Assembly: GCA_025603075.1 (NCBI GenBank)
Contig: MU626339.1
Coordinates: 26,843 to 90,842, forward strand
Direction: 5' to 3'
From: Neoconidiobolus thromboides FSU 785
Taxonomy: Eukaryota > Fungi > Entomophthoromycota
DNA length: 64,000 bases
Part shown: in pieces, positions 1-13,326 of the stretch
Numbering within the stretch: the stretch's first letter is position 1
Layout of the letters: every line of letters starts with the position of its first letter
The notes under the pieces: model-generated
Databases searched by the model: none
Told to the model about the DNA's origin: nothing
The model's input: only the letters and a program-made list of their open reading frames with translations
Made by a program: the position numbers and the translations under genes

Positions 1-1035
1 TACTTCCTAAAATGGATGCTGCGAAGCATAGATTAAATTTTTCAGCTCTAATTTAAATAGAAAACGATGGTATTATATCAAGAAGTGACTTATTATTTTA
101 ATATCAGCTTTTTAGATTTTAAACGTATCAATACTAATCATCATTTGACTAAATTTGTATTTTTGTCTATAAATAATTTCAAAACTCAACAAGGAATTGA
201 AAATTAACAATATTTAAACTAAACTCGATCAATAGGAATGACTAAATTAATATAAGTTAGCAAATATTTTTATTTTGGTAACTTTGCGTTTAAATTTAAA
301 AAGATTTTTTCACCCTTATACTATATTCTTACAAATGAACTTGAATTATGAATTACTTTACAGGCAATTAGACACAACTAGCTTATGCTTTAGTAAGTAA
401 TTAATGTACTATTAAAACATATAATTTTAAATTTACAGCTGAAGCGACCATTTTAGTTTTGATGTACTGTTGTTGATAACTTGCTATTGTTTAGCTTTTC
501 GAAAGTAACTTGGAAATAATAAGTTTCAGAAAACATGATAAATGATAATAGCACAAACGATAAACTAATACTTATAAATGAGAGAGTCAGAAAATTATTC
601 AAAATCATAAAGAATAAAGCAGCCCCAATAACAAATTGAAATCTCGACCAAAAATTTTATTTATTGGATTAACGAAGCTCAAATTCTCATATTCAAAGTC
701 TTGTCTAAAACTAATCAAAAAGACAGACAAGGTTCAACTTTGAATACCCAACTTAAATTAAGCTGCAATGTTTGCAAATTCAAATGGTGAGAATATCTTT
801 TAATGAGTATAAAACATTTTACACTAGATTTAAATTAAAATGCATATTGCCTTTTTACTCAAAATGCTGCTTTAAGATTACGTTGGTGTTAATATCAGTG
901 TCATATTACGTGTACGTTAGGGATGGTGATATAACCTTTGAGTCTTAAATTGAACACTAATATACATTTTATGAATCAAAAGTTGATGTAAAGAAACCTA
1001 TGAGTTTTGTTTTATTTTATTTTACTAAATGATAT

Positions 1036-1123
1036 AGGTGTTTTTTTTAGCTTCACTTTTTCTTCTTTTAATTGCTATTTGAGCAGAAAAATTGTTAAAA
1101 TTCCTAAACAAAAATACATCCAC
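1036..1123 (-). mobile_element. MITE copy (~100-bp family with TIR GGGGATGT..ACATCCCC), degraded
   Basis: Matches the family consensus in reverse orientation. Confidence 0.7.
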
Positions 1124-1204
1124 ATATCCTTTCTTTCTTTCTGCAAGTGTAATATAAATTAAATACTCAAAATGAAATTTTGCAAAAAATTTAAATTCTA
1201 TATA

Positions 1205-1303
1205 AGGTTGTATTTTTGTGTTTGAGAATTTTACTAACAAATTTTCCGCTCAAATAGCGCTTAAAAGGTAAAAAAAGTAATAAAGCTAAAGAAAACATCC
1301 ACC
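1205..1303 (+). mobile_element. MITE copy
   Basis: GAATTTTACTAAC..CCGCTCAAATAGCGCTTAAA core, ACATCCACC end. Confidence 0.75.
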
Positions 1304-1749
1304 ATATTGTTTTTATAAAATTAGATATGCTTAGCTTATAAGTTGGTAGATTTATGTACTATTAAAGTATTTGATTCTAAATTTATAAAATAGGAATTAA
1401 TACAATGCTTTATAAATAATATCTTATTGTTGTTAATTTAGTCTTTGCTTCAATAATTTAACTAAACTGACTATTTGAAAAATATGGGTAAATTTCATTA
1501 TAGTAGATAATATTATTTATAACAATTAAATCTTTATTAGTGCACTTTTTATAAAAAAAATTAAAAATTACAAATACTCGAATATTAAAGACTTATAACT
1601 TATTTTTGTTGAATTTTACTTTAAATAATGTGTTACTTAAGGAAGAAATCTCCTAGCTCATAATACCTCTTCGTCTTATTAGTAAAGACTGTAAAAAGTT
1701 TTTAAATAATCTTTGGTCTATTTAAAAACTATACTCAAAAAAACAAAAG

Positions 1750-1844
1750 AGCATGGTATTTTCTGTTTAAGATTTCTACTAACAATTTTCTATTTAACAG
1801 CGCTTAAAAAATGGAAAAGTAAATAAAACTAGAGAAGACATATT
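1750..1844 (+). mobile_element. MITE copy, strongly degraded
   Basis: TACTAACAATTTT..CAGCGCTTAAAAAATGGAAAAGTA core. Confidence 0.6.
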
Positions 1845-3177
1845 TACAAATCTGTTTAAAAGAGCCCAAAATATTTTTAAAAGTTCTAATGATTTAATTT
1901 TTAAAATTAGAAAATAATAACTATCGTGTTATTATTATGTAATTTGGAAACAAAACCTTTTAGTCTAATAACAAATCTGGCAATAAATCTATACACCAAT
2001 TTTTCTTATAAAAAACAGGAATTATATAAAAACCAAATACACAAACCAGCTATTTAGTTTTTTAATTTTCAAATATTTAATAAAATAAGTTCAAGTAGTA
2101 CTTTTCAAATTTTGAAACAAAAGTGGTTTCATTATAAACTTTAATAAGCTCCTTAATTTTAAATATGTACTTTTATAATACTTTGTTCTCGTTTAGAGCA
2201 CAATATAAAACAAATTAAAACTCAGTATTAAATGGTATTAGCATTATTAAAATACCATATACCTCATTTCATAACGTACACAATTTACCAAAGTACTTAG
2301 TTAATAATGATAATATCATAGATACGAATAAATACTCTAAAAAGGCTATTGCATGTAAATGTTATTTTTTACTTTCTATCTTCTTAAAAAATCCATTAAA
2401 ATCTACCTTTTTCTATACTATTCCATATCTGCTTTGCAATTGATTTGAATATCGTTGTAGGGTGCGAAAGAGTGCCAAATTAAGTATGTCTTAATCTTTA
2501 TGAATCATAATGAAAGAGCTTAGGAAGAGCTAGTGAATTAGCAACGTGAAAGTTTTAAATATTTTAAATTCCGTTGAATCCACAGCTATTTTCTCGGCAT
2601 TAACTATTGACAATTTTTATAGCATCTAAAAGATCTAACCCTTAAATGTTGATTCCGCTTGAAAACAAGATTTTCAATGATTTGTAAAATTTTAGCTTGG
2701 TTTTTTTACCCCAGTTTATGACTTAGAATTTGTAGGGTGAAATATAAAAAAGCTATAGCTGTTGGAGCTCTATTATAACCTAATTTGTAGAGATTTTTAG
2801 ATTCAGCTATTTTTCTGTTTGGTTTTTTAAGTACTTGATCCTTAGATTCCAACCAGATTTATCTAAATTTTACTCTTAAATAATAGTTAAATAGGTCACA
2901 ATAGAACTATAATAACTGTAAAACAAAACTAAAGAATAATAATGATTACAGTTTAAGAGTTTATAAACCAAGAAATTGAATAATAAGAACCTAGATATAG
3001 CCTTGGGTGGAGCTAAGCTAATCTATATTTAGACATGTTTTATTTATATCAGCAAATTTCAACCTTAATGTATAATGGTGCATAGTCAATATCTACACCT
3101 AATGCTAAGTCAAAGTGTATAAATACAATGGAAAGTTAACTATTAAGGTTAAATTTTAGTTGTAAATAAAAATAAAA

Positions 3178-3627
3178 ATGAATTTTATAGAAAGTAATAA
3201 CTATATTGCAAACGATCCGATTATATTATTTGGGAAATATAAAGAGAGTAAATTCGATCATGTTAGACAAGCTTTAAAAAATTTAAAGCATCAAGCTTCA
3301 GACGAGTATCTTTATAAAAGAGGATGTTTAATTTTTGTGCCAAGTACTACTCCAAATAAACGAATCATGCCTAAAAAAAGGCAGTCTATCATATCACAAA
3401 TTTCTATCGAATCTAAAGTTAGTAAAAAGGCAAGCTACTGTAATGATATTAAAGAGTCCAACCCCTTAATCAAAGGTTTCGATTCAAGGAAACAAGAATC
3501 TATTTCAGATTTTGATAAAATGATTAATCAGGGCTTTACTACTTCTTCAAATGAACCCCCTTGCTATACCCTTAAAATCACTTTAACTCCTCCCATTGCT
3601 AAAAATATTTGTGACTTCTCTCTTTAA
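3178..3627 (+). CDS. Hypothetical 149-aa ORF, no recognisable family
   Basis: ATG-initiated 450-nt ORF in very AT-rich sequence where long ORFs are rare; no motif recognised. Confidence 0.35.
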   Translation: MNFIESNNYIANDPIILFGKYKESKFDHVRQALKNLKHQASDEYLYKRGCLIFVPSTTPNKRIMPKKRQSIISQISIESKVSKKASYCNDIKESNPLIKGFDSRKQESISDFDKMINQGFTTSSNEPPCYTLKITLTPPIAKNICDFSL

Positions 3628-5172
3628 CTTTGGTATAGCTTATTTATTTGCTTTTAATCGTTAATAAAATTAATAATATAATAAAAATTCGATTTTTTTT
3701 ATGAAGCTATAATATCTATTTTGACATTAACACTGAATATTTTATTGTTTGGTATAGATTTTATTTAATCCCTGTTATTTCTTCCATCTACCGAATTTGC
3801 TGAACTTTGTTATAGCCAATAGTACTAAGTGACAGATATGTACAGAATGAAATTTCATTAAAGGGGGAAATATTTTTTTAAAAAGCAGGTATCAAACAAA
3901 ATAAAATTGTATCTCAATATTAAACTCAGTTCATTAAAATTTTACAATTTGAATTTCAAAAAATACATAAATTCTATCAAAACTACTACTTATCGAATAG
4001 GATAATAGTTATCATACTCAACCTTAATAATGCTCAAACTAGAAGATGAACTATAAAGTTCATCTGATCAAAAAACTTACTTATGCGATCGTTAAGAATT
4101 GCTCTTGCCGATTTAGCGATTACCATAGTTAGAGCTTTCCTTTGGTCTTATAAAAAACCTTAAAATCTACAAACTTTCCAAATTTCCTGCTAAACCTTAA
4201 CTAAAATAAAGCATCTATTCACCCTCCTTCCAGTTTAATCCTTAAAGTAATAAGCTTGCAAAATTTAAATTAGCAATAACTGTAATTTTGATTGGCTGGC
4301 TATTTTATCATTTTTAAATTTCTAATTTTCTAAATAGACTATTTCTAATTTTTCATTATAAATATTAGTATGATATTTAAATAGCATTATAAATGGTGGA
4401 AAATAAATACCTCTGTAATAATGGTATTTATACTATTTAATTAATGAATAGTATAGTAGTAGCTTTCTTGAGAAAAATAAAGAATACCAAACTTTACTAC
4501 ATTGACAAAATATTTTATTGTTTTTTCTATTTTTATAATTTAAGACTAAAGCCATTTAAAAAAAAAACCAATATTTAAAATTATTTATTGATAAGTGTTA
4601 TAGGACTACAAAATAATATTTTTACTCATATTTTTTTGTATAGAACTTTAAAAAATTGTAACAGTCTTTAATATACACATACAAAATTGAAAAATGATTA
4701 TTAAAAATGCTATAATTTCAATGAGTAATTGGCTAAGTGTCTACTTTTCGTTCATACTAATAAGAGTGCTTTAATAAACTAATTTTTTGTTTAAATTTGA
4801 TTTATTTTTTGAAACATCCTTTGTTTATTTTTTTAAAAGAACATGCCAAAAAAGTTGCATCTTAAATCATTAATAATGGTTTACTATAAATTATATTTAA
4901 TAATAACAAAAAAACAATTTATTCACTTAAACTTTTTAATATTTTTAATTTCATAGTTACTACAATTAACGAATAACCCTTTAATTTCTTGTACAAACAG
5001 TATGAATAAAATAGTAAATTGAGTATGAAGCCATTAGTACTCATGAAATAACATTACAAAACTAATTTTAATAAAGCCTAAAATAAGTCTATAGTAAAAA
5101 AAAACTAAAGAGGCTCAATTTAATCTTTTTATTCAAATATCGCTAGTTTCTATTCTATTTTTAAAAAAGAAA

Positions 5173-7566
5173 TTAGACTACTCGTACCTGTTGTGCTTCC
5201 ATTTTAATTTGTTTCATTTGTAAGCGCTCAACAAATTTATCTTCAGATTCAACTAAGGATTTAAGGGTTTGATTACTACTAATAAGACTATTAATTCTTG
5301 CTTGAACTATTTCATTTAATTCGTTATAGTGCGTCACGTTCTTTTTTAACTTATTGCTTTTAATAATTCCATTATTTGCATCAAAATCTGAATCATTAAT
5401 AAGTTCGTAATATTCTTCTGGATCGATTTCTTCCAATTCCTTATTTGTAATAAACTTAATGAAATAATAAAGATACCCATTTTCTATCTTTAGATTCTTA
5501 ATTTCATCTTGACACTCTTTGATAATAGCTTCGGTTGCCTTAATTGATTCAATCGCCTTCTTGGTTTCTACCTCACTTGATGCTTTGATATCTACCATAT
5601 TTTGCTTATCCTGTTTAATTCCTTTAATCAAAGCGACAAGCTCATCGATATTTACCTTATTTTGTGCATCCTTTTCATTTAATTGTTTACTAAGGCTTTC
5701 ATTAAACTCAGCTAAGCATTTATGTTCAAGCTTAACAATCGAAAGTTGATCTTCAATACCTTTAATTAAAACATGTACTGTAGCCAATGCGCGTTCTTTT
5801 TCCGCCATCTCTTTTTTGATATTTTGGATCTCAGTAATAAATGATATTTTTGATTTTTGCATAATCGTTTCCTTAATTGTAGTTTCTTTAAGCAGTTCCT
5901 CGATCTTTTGAAGTTCTTGAGAATTTGATTGTTCCAACTGTGCAATACTACGACGGAATTTTTTAAGTAATGCCAATTCTTCCTTTTTAAGTTTACGTGC
6001 ATCTGAAAGCTTTTGATCTAATATAGTATGTTGACGGATTATTTTAGCATAATCAAGGTGACTCTTAGGAGTCATGTTGGGTTCAGATACAATAGGCTTG
6101 GTAATAAGTTGCAGTGCTGAAGAACGAAATCCCATTACAGTCATGGTTATCTTATATGGTGTCCCAGGAACTAAACCAATAACAGAAACAGAGCTAGCAT
6201 CTTTACTTAAAACCCAATGTGGCCAAACAACCCCATTAATTCTAAAAGTTACCTCAATTGTGTTCATTACTTCAAAATTAGAAAGTGGGCATTCAATTTC
6301 TTCAAGCGCTTGTGAACGATTAGCGCAGTTTTTTTCTTGAGAACCTTGGTCATTTATAATGGATTCAGATTTTGACAAAAAATACAAAAAGTTTATAGGA
6401 ACAAACCATGATAACGTAAGAGTTGTAGGGGTAGAATCTAAAGAGCACAGCTCAAAAGAATCAACAATGTCACCAAAACATGGTCTTAATACAGTTTGTT
6501 CTTCAACTATATCTGAAGGTACTTTTGGACGAGGCGAAGTATTTTTTCGATTATTATTCTGCTTTTTACTTTTTACTTTTATATTGTTAGAGTCTTGCTT
6601 GGGGTCTGAATGAGGTGAAGAAACTTTTTCCAACTTGCCACTTAATTTAAGATACTGAAACTTATGAACTATTTCTGCTTTATCATAGCCAAATATTGGA
6701 TTTGAGAAATTTTGATTTCTTAACAAAATAGCTTGTACAACAACTTCACCAAGACCTAAAAATGCTGCGTGCCCAATTGCATGAACTGAAATAAAGAAAA
6801 ATATCCCTGATGGTATTAATTGGATTTCAAGTATGTGGTTGAAATAAGTAAACACAAGCGCATACAAAGTTGTCTGAATTGAAACTCCTCTCAAGCTTCC
6901 AACTGTATTTAAATAAGTAAACAAGTCTATAAAAACGCATAACCAAGAAGTATCAATGTTGGGGTAAAGATGAAAAATAGCAGTACCAACAGCAGCATCT
7001 AAAATAAGATGAAATAAAGTAAGCATAAAAAAATCAGAGATTGAAGAAGTATTGCGATAGAATGGAATAACTGATAAAATAGCTAACAAAATCCATTCTG
7101 AGCGGTAATCAACTCCGTTAAGAAGCCATAAGTTGATAAGAGTAAGAAAAATCCAACCAAAAATAACAGAAAGGTGTTCAGTAAAATTAAGTAATAAATG
7201 AATTTTCTTACTATCCTTTGGACCAAAAGAGCATATTGTTTTATCCCAAAAAGTTAAGTTAAAAGTTGTCTCTTCATAAGTTGAAACATTTTCATCAACT
7301 AAAAGATTTAAACCGTCAATTAATTGAGTTGGACTTTCTATTGTTGAATAATTCTTAGGAGATATTAGTGGCTTAATGGGAAGATTTGGACTATCCATGA
7401 ACTCGCAGTATTTGCTTTCTTTAGAATATGCTGATAACGAAGTCTTAACTAATGGATTACACTTGCACTCATTTAAACAATCTTGCCTATAGGACACTTC
7501 CTTCTCCATATTATCCAAAAATCTAGTATTGCAATTTATATTTTCGGATGCCTGCTTTAATGTCAT
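5173..7566 (-). CDS. Intronless multi-TM protein with fibronectin type III-like domain and long C-terminal coiled coil (AcrB-like fungal architecture)
   Basis: 797-aa ATG ORF; several hydrophobic segments in the N-terminal third; FN3-like motifs TPTTLTLSW and VIGLVPGTPYKITMTV; heptad-rich K/E/L C-terminal region. Confidence 0.75.
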   Translation of the reverse strand: MTLKQASENINCNTRFLDNMEKEVSYRQDCLNECKCNPLVKTSLSAYSKESKYCEFMDSPNLPIKPLISPKNYSTIESPTQLIDGLNLLVDENVSTYEETTFNLTFWDKTICSFGPKDSKKIHLLLNFTEHLSVIFGWIFLTLINLWLLNGVDYRSEWILLAILSVIPFYRNTSSISDFFMLTLFHLILDAAVGTAIFHLYPNIDTSWLCVFIDLFTYLNTVGSLRGVSIQTTLYALVFTYFNHILEIQLIPSGIFFFISVHAIGHAAFLGLGEVVVQAILLRNQNFSNPIFGYDKAEIVHKFQYLKLSGKLEKVSSPHSDPKQDSNNIKVKSKKQNNNRKNTSPRPKVPSDIVEEQTVLRPCFGDIVDSFELCSLDSTPTTLTLSWFVPINFLYFLSKSESIINDQGSQEKNCANRSQALEEIECPLSNFEVMNTIEVTFRINGVVWPHWVLSKDASSVSVIGLVPGTPYKITMTVMGFRSSALQLITKPIVSEPNMTPKSHLDYAKIIRQHTILDQKLSDARKLKKEELALLKKFRRSIAQLEQSNSQELQKIEELLKETTIKETIMQKSKISFITEIQNIKKEMAEKERALATVHVLIKGIEDQLSIVKLEHKCLAEFNESLSKQLNEKDAQNKVNIDELVALIKGIKQDKQNMVDIKASSEVETKKAIESIKATEAIIKECQDEIKNLKIENGYLYYFIKFITNKELEEIDPEEYYELINDSDFDANNGIIKSNKLKKNVTHYNELNEIVQARINSLISSNQTLKSLVESEDKFVERLQMKQIKMEAQQVRVV

Positions 7567-8344
7567 AAATTTAACTAAACATAAAAAAAGTTATTAATTC
7601 TAATGGACTATGATTTAAAATGGATTCATCGTTTATTTGCAATATGAAAGAACTTTATTGGTTCTTTTTCTATAAAAGTCACTTTAGGCATGATTTATTC
7701 ATTTATTAGTTTCTAATAATTTTGATTTGGTAAAATTAATTTTAACTTGAGCTTAAAATTTAAAAATTATTCTGAGGTTATAAATTTCCCTATGATGTTT
7801 GAATATTTAGCATATTCTAAGGCTTTCGTTTTTAGTAACTAAGGATTCAATATGACCTAAATTGAGCCAAAAAATAAACTTCTTGTCACATAAATTAATT
7901 TATTTCACTTACACTTTTATAATAGTTTTTGCTTTTAGACTTAAAAAATAGCTAATTTAACTTCAAAATAATTTATTCTAATTCTACACTTAAGATCATT
8001 TGGATTGCTGATATGATGTCAGTCAATAAGCAAGGAAGTGAAGCCCTGAGAAATTAGTCTATATTTGCTCTTTACTATTTTTTAGAATTTTTATTTACTA
8101 GCCAGTTACTTGAGATTCTCTCTTTTAATAATCCTTAATAAAAATTATATACTTTCCAAAATGGTTCTTATGTGCTTTTCTTTGATATTTTATAATAGCT
8201 CTGTTAATATTATATAACACTAATTCTTATATCACAGTAATTTTTAAGCTTCAATCACAAAAAGTTCTAGCTATTGTCATAAGCTAACAGAAATAGACAT
8301 CCATAAACAAAACTTTAATTTGCTTTTAGAAATAAAGGACTTTA

Positions 8345-8437
8345 AGGTTACATTCTTTTAAGAATTTTACTAACAATCTTTTCACTCAAATAGCATTTAA
8401 AAAATGAAAAAGTAATGAGATAAAAAAAAACATCCTC
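8345..8437 (+). mobile_element. MITE copy
   Basis: AAGAATTTTACTAACAATC..CTCAAATAGCATTTAA..ACATCCTC. Confidence 0.75.
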
Positions 8438-11330
8438 ATATACGGAACAAATAGCTTTCTCAACAGTATATAAACTAATAATTATAACATAATTATTGAA
8501 AAATAAACCAAAACAATGTGAATTTTGATATTTTTACAGAAGTTGTCATATATTATTAAAAGACCAAATAGCTTCTTAACAATGCTTTTGTATAATAATA
8601 GCACATTATAATATAGTCGCTGATTCTATTCTATGGCTATAACTATAGTTTTATACTTAAATAAAAAATACCTAATAAATTTACTAACTTATTTAATTGA
8701 CTCTGTTCATAACTTCTATCTTGTAGAGTTTGATTCACTAATAGTTTAGTGTCGAGATCATTTTATAGATAGGGATAAATATTTCTGCGTAGAAATTATT
8801 AAAGTTTAACAGGTTAAAAGAGTTTTCTAAGGACTGGATTGACAATCATATGCTTTAAAGTTTTTGTTTTTTCATTATTTTTATATGGTTTAAATGTGAT
8901 GGTCACTGTTATTTTGCTAATAATGCTCTAAATCAAAAAAATAATGTAATTACTTTGAATATCTTTATATTTTTTCAGCTCTTTACTCATTTTCATCGCT
9001 GCCAAATGGATATGTACTTCCAGCTTCCTTTCAAGTTTTTGTGTTGGGTATCTCAATGATACCTGTAATTTGACTTCAAGTGTTTTTTTCCTATGCATTA
9101 TCTTTAAGATGCGAAGGTATTTCTAACCATAATTCTATCGAACAAAATCTCTTAGATTATGGTTATAAATGATAAGATATCTATCATTAGTAGAGTTTAA
9201 GGCTTAAATTTTTAGATAAATATATCTTTGGAGAAAGTTAACTATTGCTAATCAAAAATCTTAAATTTGATAACAAAAAGAAGCACCTTAAATCAACATT
9301 CTTTTTGCTATGACTTTTTTTATAGATTTATTGTTATTAGGAAAACAAAAGATATGTCTGGTAGTAAAGAGAGTAAACTTGTTTTTTTTATTATAGCTTT
9401 TATAATCTTACTGGTGTTTTTTATAGTGAAAATTTTATTGTCTTCAACTAAACAGACTGATCAATGTGTACATTATGTTGTCATTTTTAGCTGAAAGATC
9501 AAGTACATTGGTTCTAACTGGTGAACATTTGGCAGGTATCATACCTCTAACGTGTATTTTTATTTTTTATTCTCTACCTTGAAGTGCAAAAAGAACATCT
9601 TTAAATAAACTTGCTAGTGAATGAACTTCATTCACTTTATACAATCCAATGAATGTGTACTCTTTATACCATTGTTTTTCATAATTAAAGCATTTCAAAA
9701 ATAAAGATAAAAACAAAGATAAAACTCATCGCTTTATCATTTCCTTATCACTCTTAATCTGCTTTTATGAATGAATTATACCATCCGCTTTGGATGAGGA
9801 ATCCAAAAAACAAAAATAATATAGTTTTGAATACTTGTTACTATTTTGTTTTTAATGTTAAAAGGATTGGGTCAATTTTTTTGGTAGATGAGTTATAGTA
9901 CGTAGCTCCTAACCTGCTGTATTAACATCAACTTGATGCTATCTTTTAAATTTATATTAAATATCTATTCGATAGTCTCTTTTAGTAACGTTAAATCTAT
10001 GAAATACTATTGGTCATTAAAACATCCCAATTATAATCTATTATTACATACCAACAAGGAGGCGCTCTAATAATAAATCAATGACACGATAAAATAAAAA
10101 GCCTATGATTAATGGTAAAAACAAAGCATTACTCGTAAATAAACAAGCATATATATTGTGTTCTGTATATGTATTATTTTATGACCTTTTTTGTAAATCA
10201 AATAGTATCCAAGAAATTTTCATATCTAGTGATCCTTAGTGTAAATAGCTATCAATACTTTTGTTGAATGCTAAGTTCAAAAAAAATACTATGCTGTTGT
10301 AGGTATAATGATTACTATATAATAAAGCATAGGTATGATATTGTACTTATAAAACAAAAGTAATTTTAAAGCAGTTCCACAACTTTTAAGATAAATTTCA
10401 ATAATAGCAATATAATAGAAATAACACAAAAATGATTTAATCATGTACAATTTATTGACTTGTTAAAAATCAAATTTAGCTATAAACAAAATAATGCTTA
10501 TAAAAATAATGGTCCAAAATCCTAAAGACTTTACCTTTTTGATGGCTTAATTTACTGTAATTTGTTTTATAAAAACTAGCAACTAAAAGCAGATTATTAT
10601 ATCTGCAATGTTTTTTATTAATATACAATAAATTTACAAGAAAATTCCTATTTATATTAATGGTAGTGAAACTATCATTAATATTAGATAGAAATTTCAA
10701 AACAGTGACATAATTCTTTAGCCATACTCGTAATAATAGCTATAAAATATTTAGCAAATACTTCACAACTTAAACATTCAGCTTAGTTTTAGCATCCTCG
10801 TAGGCTATCTTATACCTAACCTCAGTCAAGACATTTCATTGTAGAACTAAAATAAAGTTACTAATATGTTACTGAAACTAACAATTTTAAATAGTCTAGA
10901 AGCAACGATTCTTTTATTAATGGAAATATGAAATAAAGCAAACTTCAAGAAGAATTGAATCACTATTTAAAATTTGAAAAAATGAGTTAGCGATCTTGTC
11001 ATCTATGTTAAACTATTTATAGGTAGCAGAGAACAATGTTAATTTAAACGTAGTTGAAATTGAAGGAAGTATGAAGAATTGAATGTTTAGATAGTAAATT
11101 TTTGATAAAAAGATCCTATAAAGTTGATTTCGATTCGTAACTAAGGCTGTCTTTTATCAAGCATTGATTTGATATTCACAACTAAAAAGAAATTAATATG
11201 TTCAGTAAATTTTCTAGCTAATTTAGTAATCATTTAAATTCTGTTTATAAATTTACCTTCCAGAGAAGCCAATAATCAGTTAAATGATTCAAGATTCCCT
11301 GAAGTCAGTATGTAAAGTATTATTTATATA

Positions 11331-11427
11331 GAGATGTATTTTTGCGTCTAAGAATTTTACTAATAGTTTTTCCTCTCAAATAGTATTTAAAAGGTGGAAA
11401 AACTGATGAAGCCAAAAAAACATCCTT
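11331..11427 (+). mobile_element. MITE copy
   Basis: GAGATGTATTTTTG...AAACATCCTT. Confidence 0.8.
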
Positions 11428-11994
11428 ATGTTATTGTCCAGAAAATGAATTAAACAAAACATCTGAAACTTTATTAATTTCCATATATAAAGGATGATAT
11501 ATAGTATTAAAAGATACCTTTTTGGGAGTTGTTATCTTGTTTTGATTTTGAACAAGTCTTGTCAAGCCAAATATAACTTCGCTTAACTTACTATCCCATA
11601 CTAAATCAAATGACTATGGGTTTAAACATAATCCTTTAATTCATTACTTACCTTCTCTTCCTTTTAAGAATATAATTTAACTTTTAGCTTATATTTAAAC
11701 TCCTTTCATCAGTAAATAGTCGGAATTATAAGTCCTTAGTTTTATAAGAAAACAGTTTATAAAATACATAGCAATTGAAAAAAGTTAATATTCAATAAAC
11801 GTACTATTTATTTAAAGGAGAATAAATTTATTAAAATTCTTAAAAAGTGTGCATAAAGTTCTAGTGTTTTATTTGACAACTACTGTTGAGACTGATTTAT
11901 CAAATATAAAATGAGAAAGGCAAATAAAATATTATATATTTATTTGCACTATTATATAAAAACAAGAGCATCCCTATAATAAAAAATAATGTTT

Positions 11995-12088
11995 TGGGAT
12001 GTTTTTTTGATTTCATTATTTTTTCAATTTTTTAAGCGCTATTTGAACGGAAAGATTGTTAGTGAAATTTTTAAAAAAAATACATCCC
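11995..12088 (-). mobile_element. MITE copy
   Basis: GGGATGTTTTTTTG...ATACATCCC. Confidence 0.8.
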
Positions 12089-12970
12089 TATATGCAAGAA
12101 GCTGTTTAATTAAAAAAACTGAAAAATTAACCTTAACTTATCTTACAAAAATAACAGAAAATTTAAAGGTTTTGATGTTAACTAAGCAAGTATCTTATTA
12201 AATAATAGAAGTCAACTATTAAATGTTGATATTATTTAAGTTATTACTAGCTAAATTAATAAGTAGTTAAAAACCAAGTGATTATAATAATAATAATAAA
12301 CTATTACTACGCTGTTTATATTGTATAATGATGATTAATTATAGTTTTTGAGATCAACCACTCCCTTTCATGCAGCTATTTATTGACTTGATAATATATT
12401 AATAATGTAGCTGTAGCACTAAAACGATTTATTTTTTTGATAGTAAATCTACAATATCAGCTATAAAGCGGCTAACAATAACTATTTCTCAATGAAGTTT
12501 TATAAGAATATGTATTTATTTCTATACTATAACTTTAATTAATATGAGTATAAGATTATATTAGTAAAAGTCTTGGTAGCCTGGGAATTTCTATTAAATT
12601 TAGTACAAGTTCAACTAACAATATAAATTATAACAAAATAACTCAAAATTGTGTTAGGTATTTTATAAAATTTTAAATAAAGTTTTTGAAATATAAAATA
12701 TTAAAATTGAATAAAAAAATGAAACTAATTTGGATCTTCCCATATAGTATTTCAATTTATAAGTTTGTAATCTAGATTCAATTTATTATGAAGCTAATTT
12801 AATCCTTGATTAAGAACATTTCGGTCGATTTACACCCTGATTTATCACTAAGAAACTTTGACTTACCTTTTATATGCATACCATCTTTTATATATCTATA
12901 TCCCTTAATATTGCTACACTAGTTAAACTCTTACTCAAAATAGAAAGTACTTACCTAAACTAGCAATCAA

Positions 12971-13061
12971 GGGTGTTTTTTTTGGCTTCATTGTTTTTTC
13001 TATTAAGTGCTATTTGAGCGGAAAAATTGTTAGTCAAATTCTTAAACAAAAATACATCCCC
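12971..13061 (-). mobile_element. MITE copy
   Basis: GGGTGTTTTTTTTGGC...ATACATCCCC. Confidence 0.8.
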
Positions 13062-13326
13062 AATCAATAATTTGAGCTGAGCTATTTAATAACACTTATT
13101 TCCATAACAGTTGATGCCCAAGTAAATACAGTGAATGCAAATACCCTTATCACTATTGTACTACTTTCCAGTTACCTACTCCTATTTTAAATCAAACAGT
13201 ATAAATACTTCTTGATTTCCGTAATAAAGGTAATTAAAAAACTTAATTTGGGTTGGTTTAAGTAAACTCTGAAACTAATTCGGATATCTCTGGATATAGG
13301 CTGAAAGTTTCAAAAAGTGCAAAAAT

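Noticed and set aside
3950-4260. Possible LINE ORF1-like remnant (FSRKFGKFVDF) on the minus strand
   Set aside because: Too short and disrupted, and no reverse transcriptase is seen nearby
5519-6613. Plus-strand and nested ORFs 5519, 5766, 6074, 6359
   Set aside because: Antisense or alternative-frame shadows of the 797-aa gene
9267-9494. Hydrophobic 75-aa ORF
   Set aside because: Starts at TTG, is antisense to a decayed remnant, and its hydrophobicity is expected from T-rich DNA
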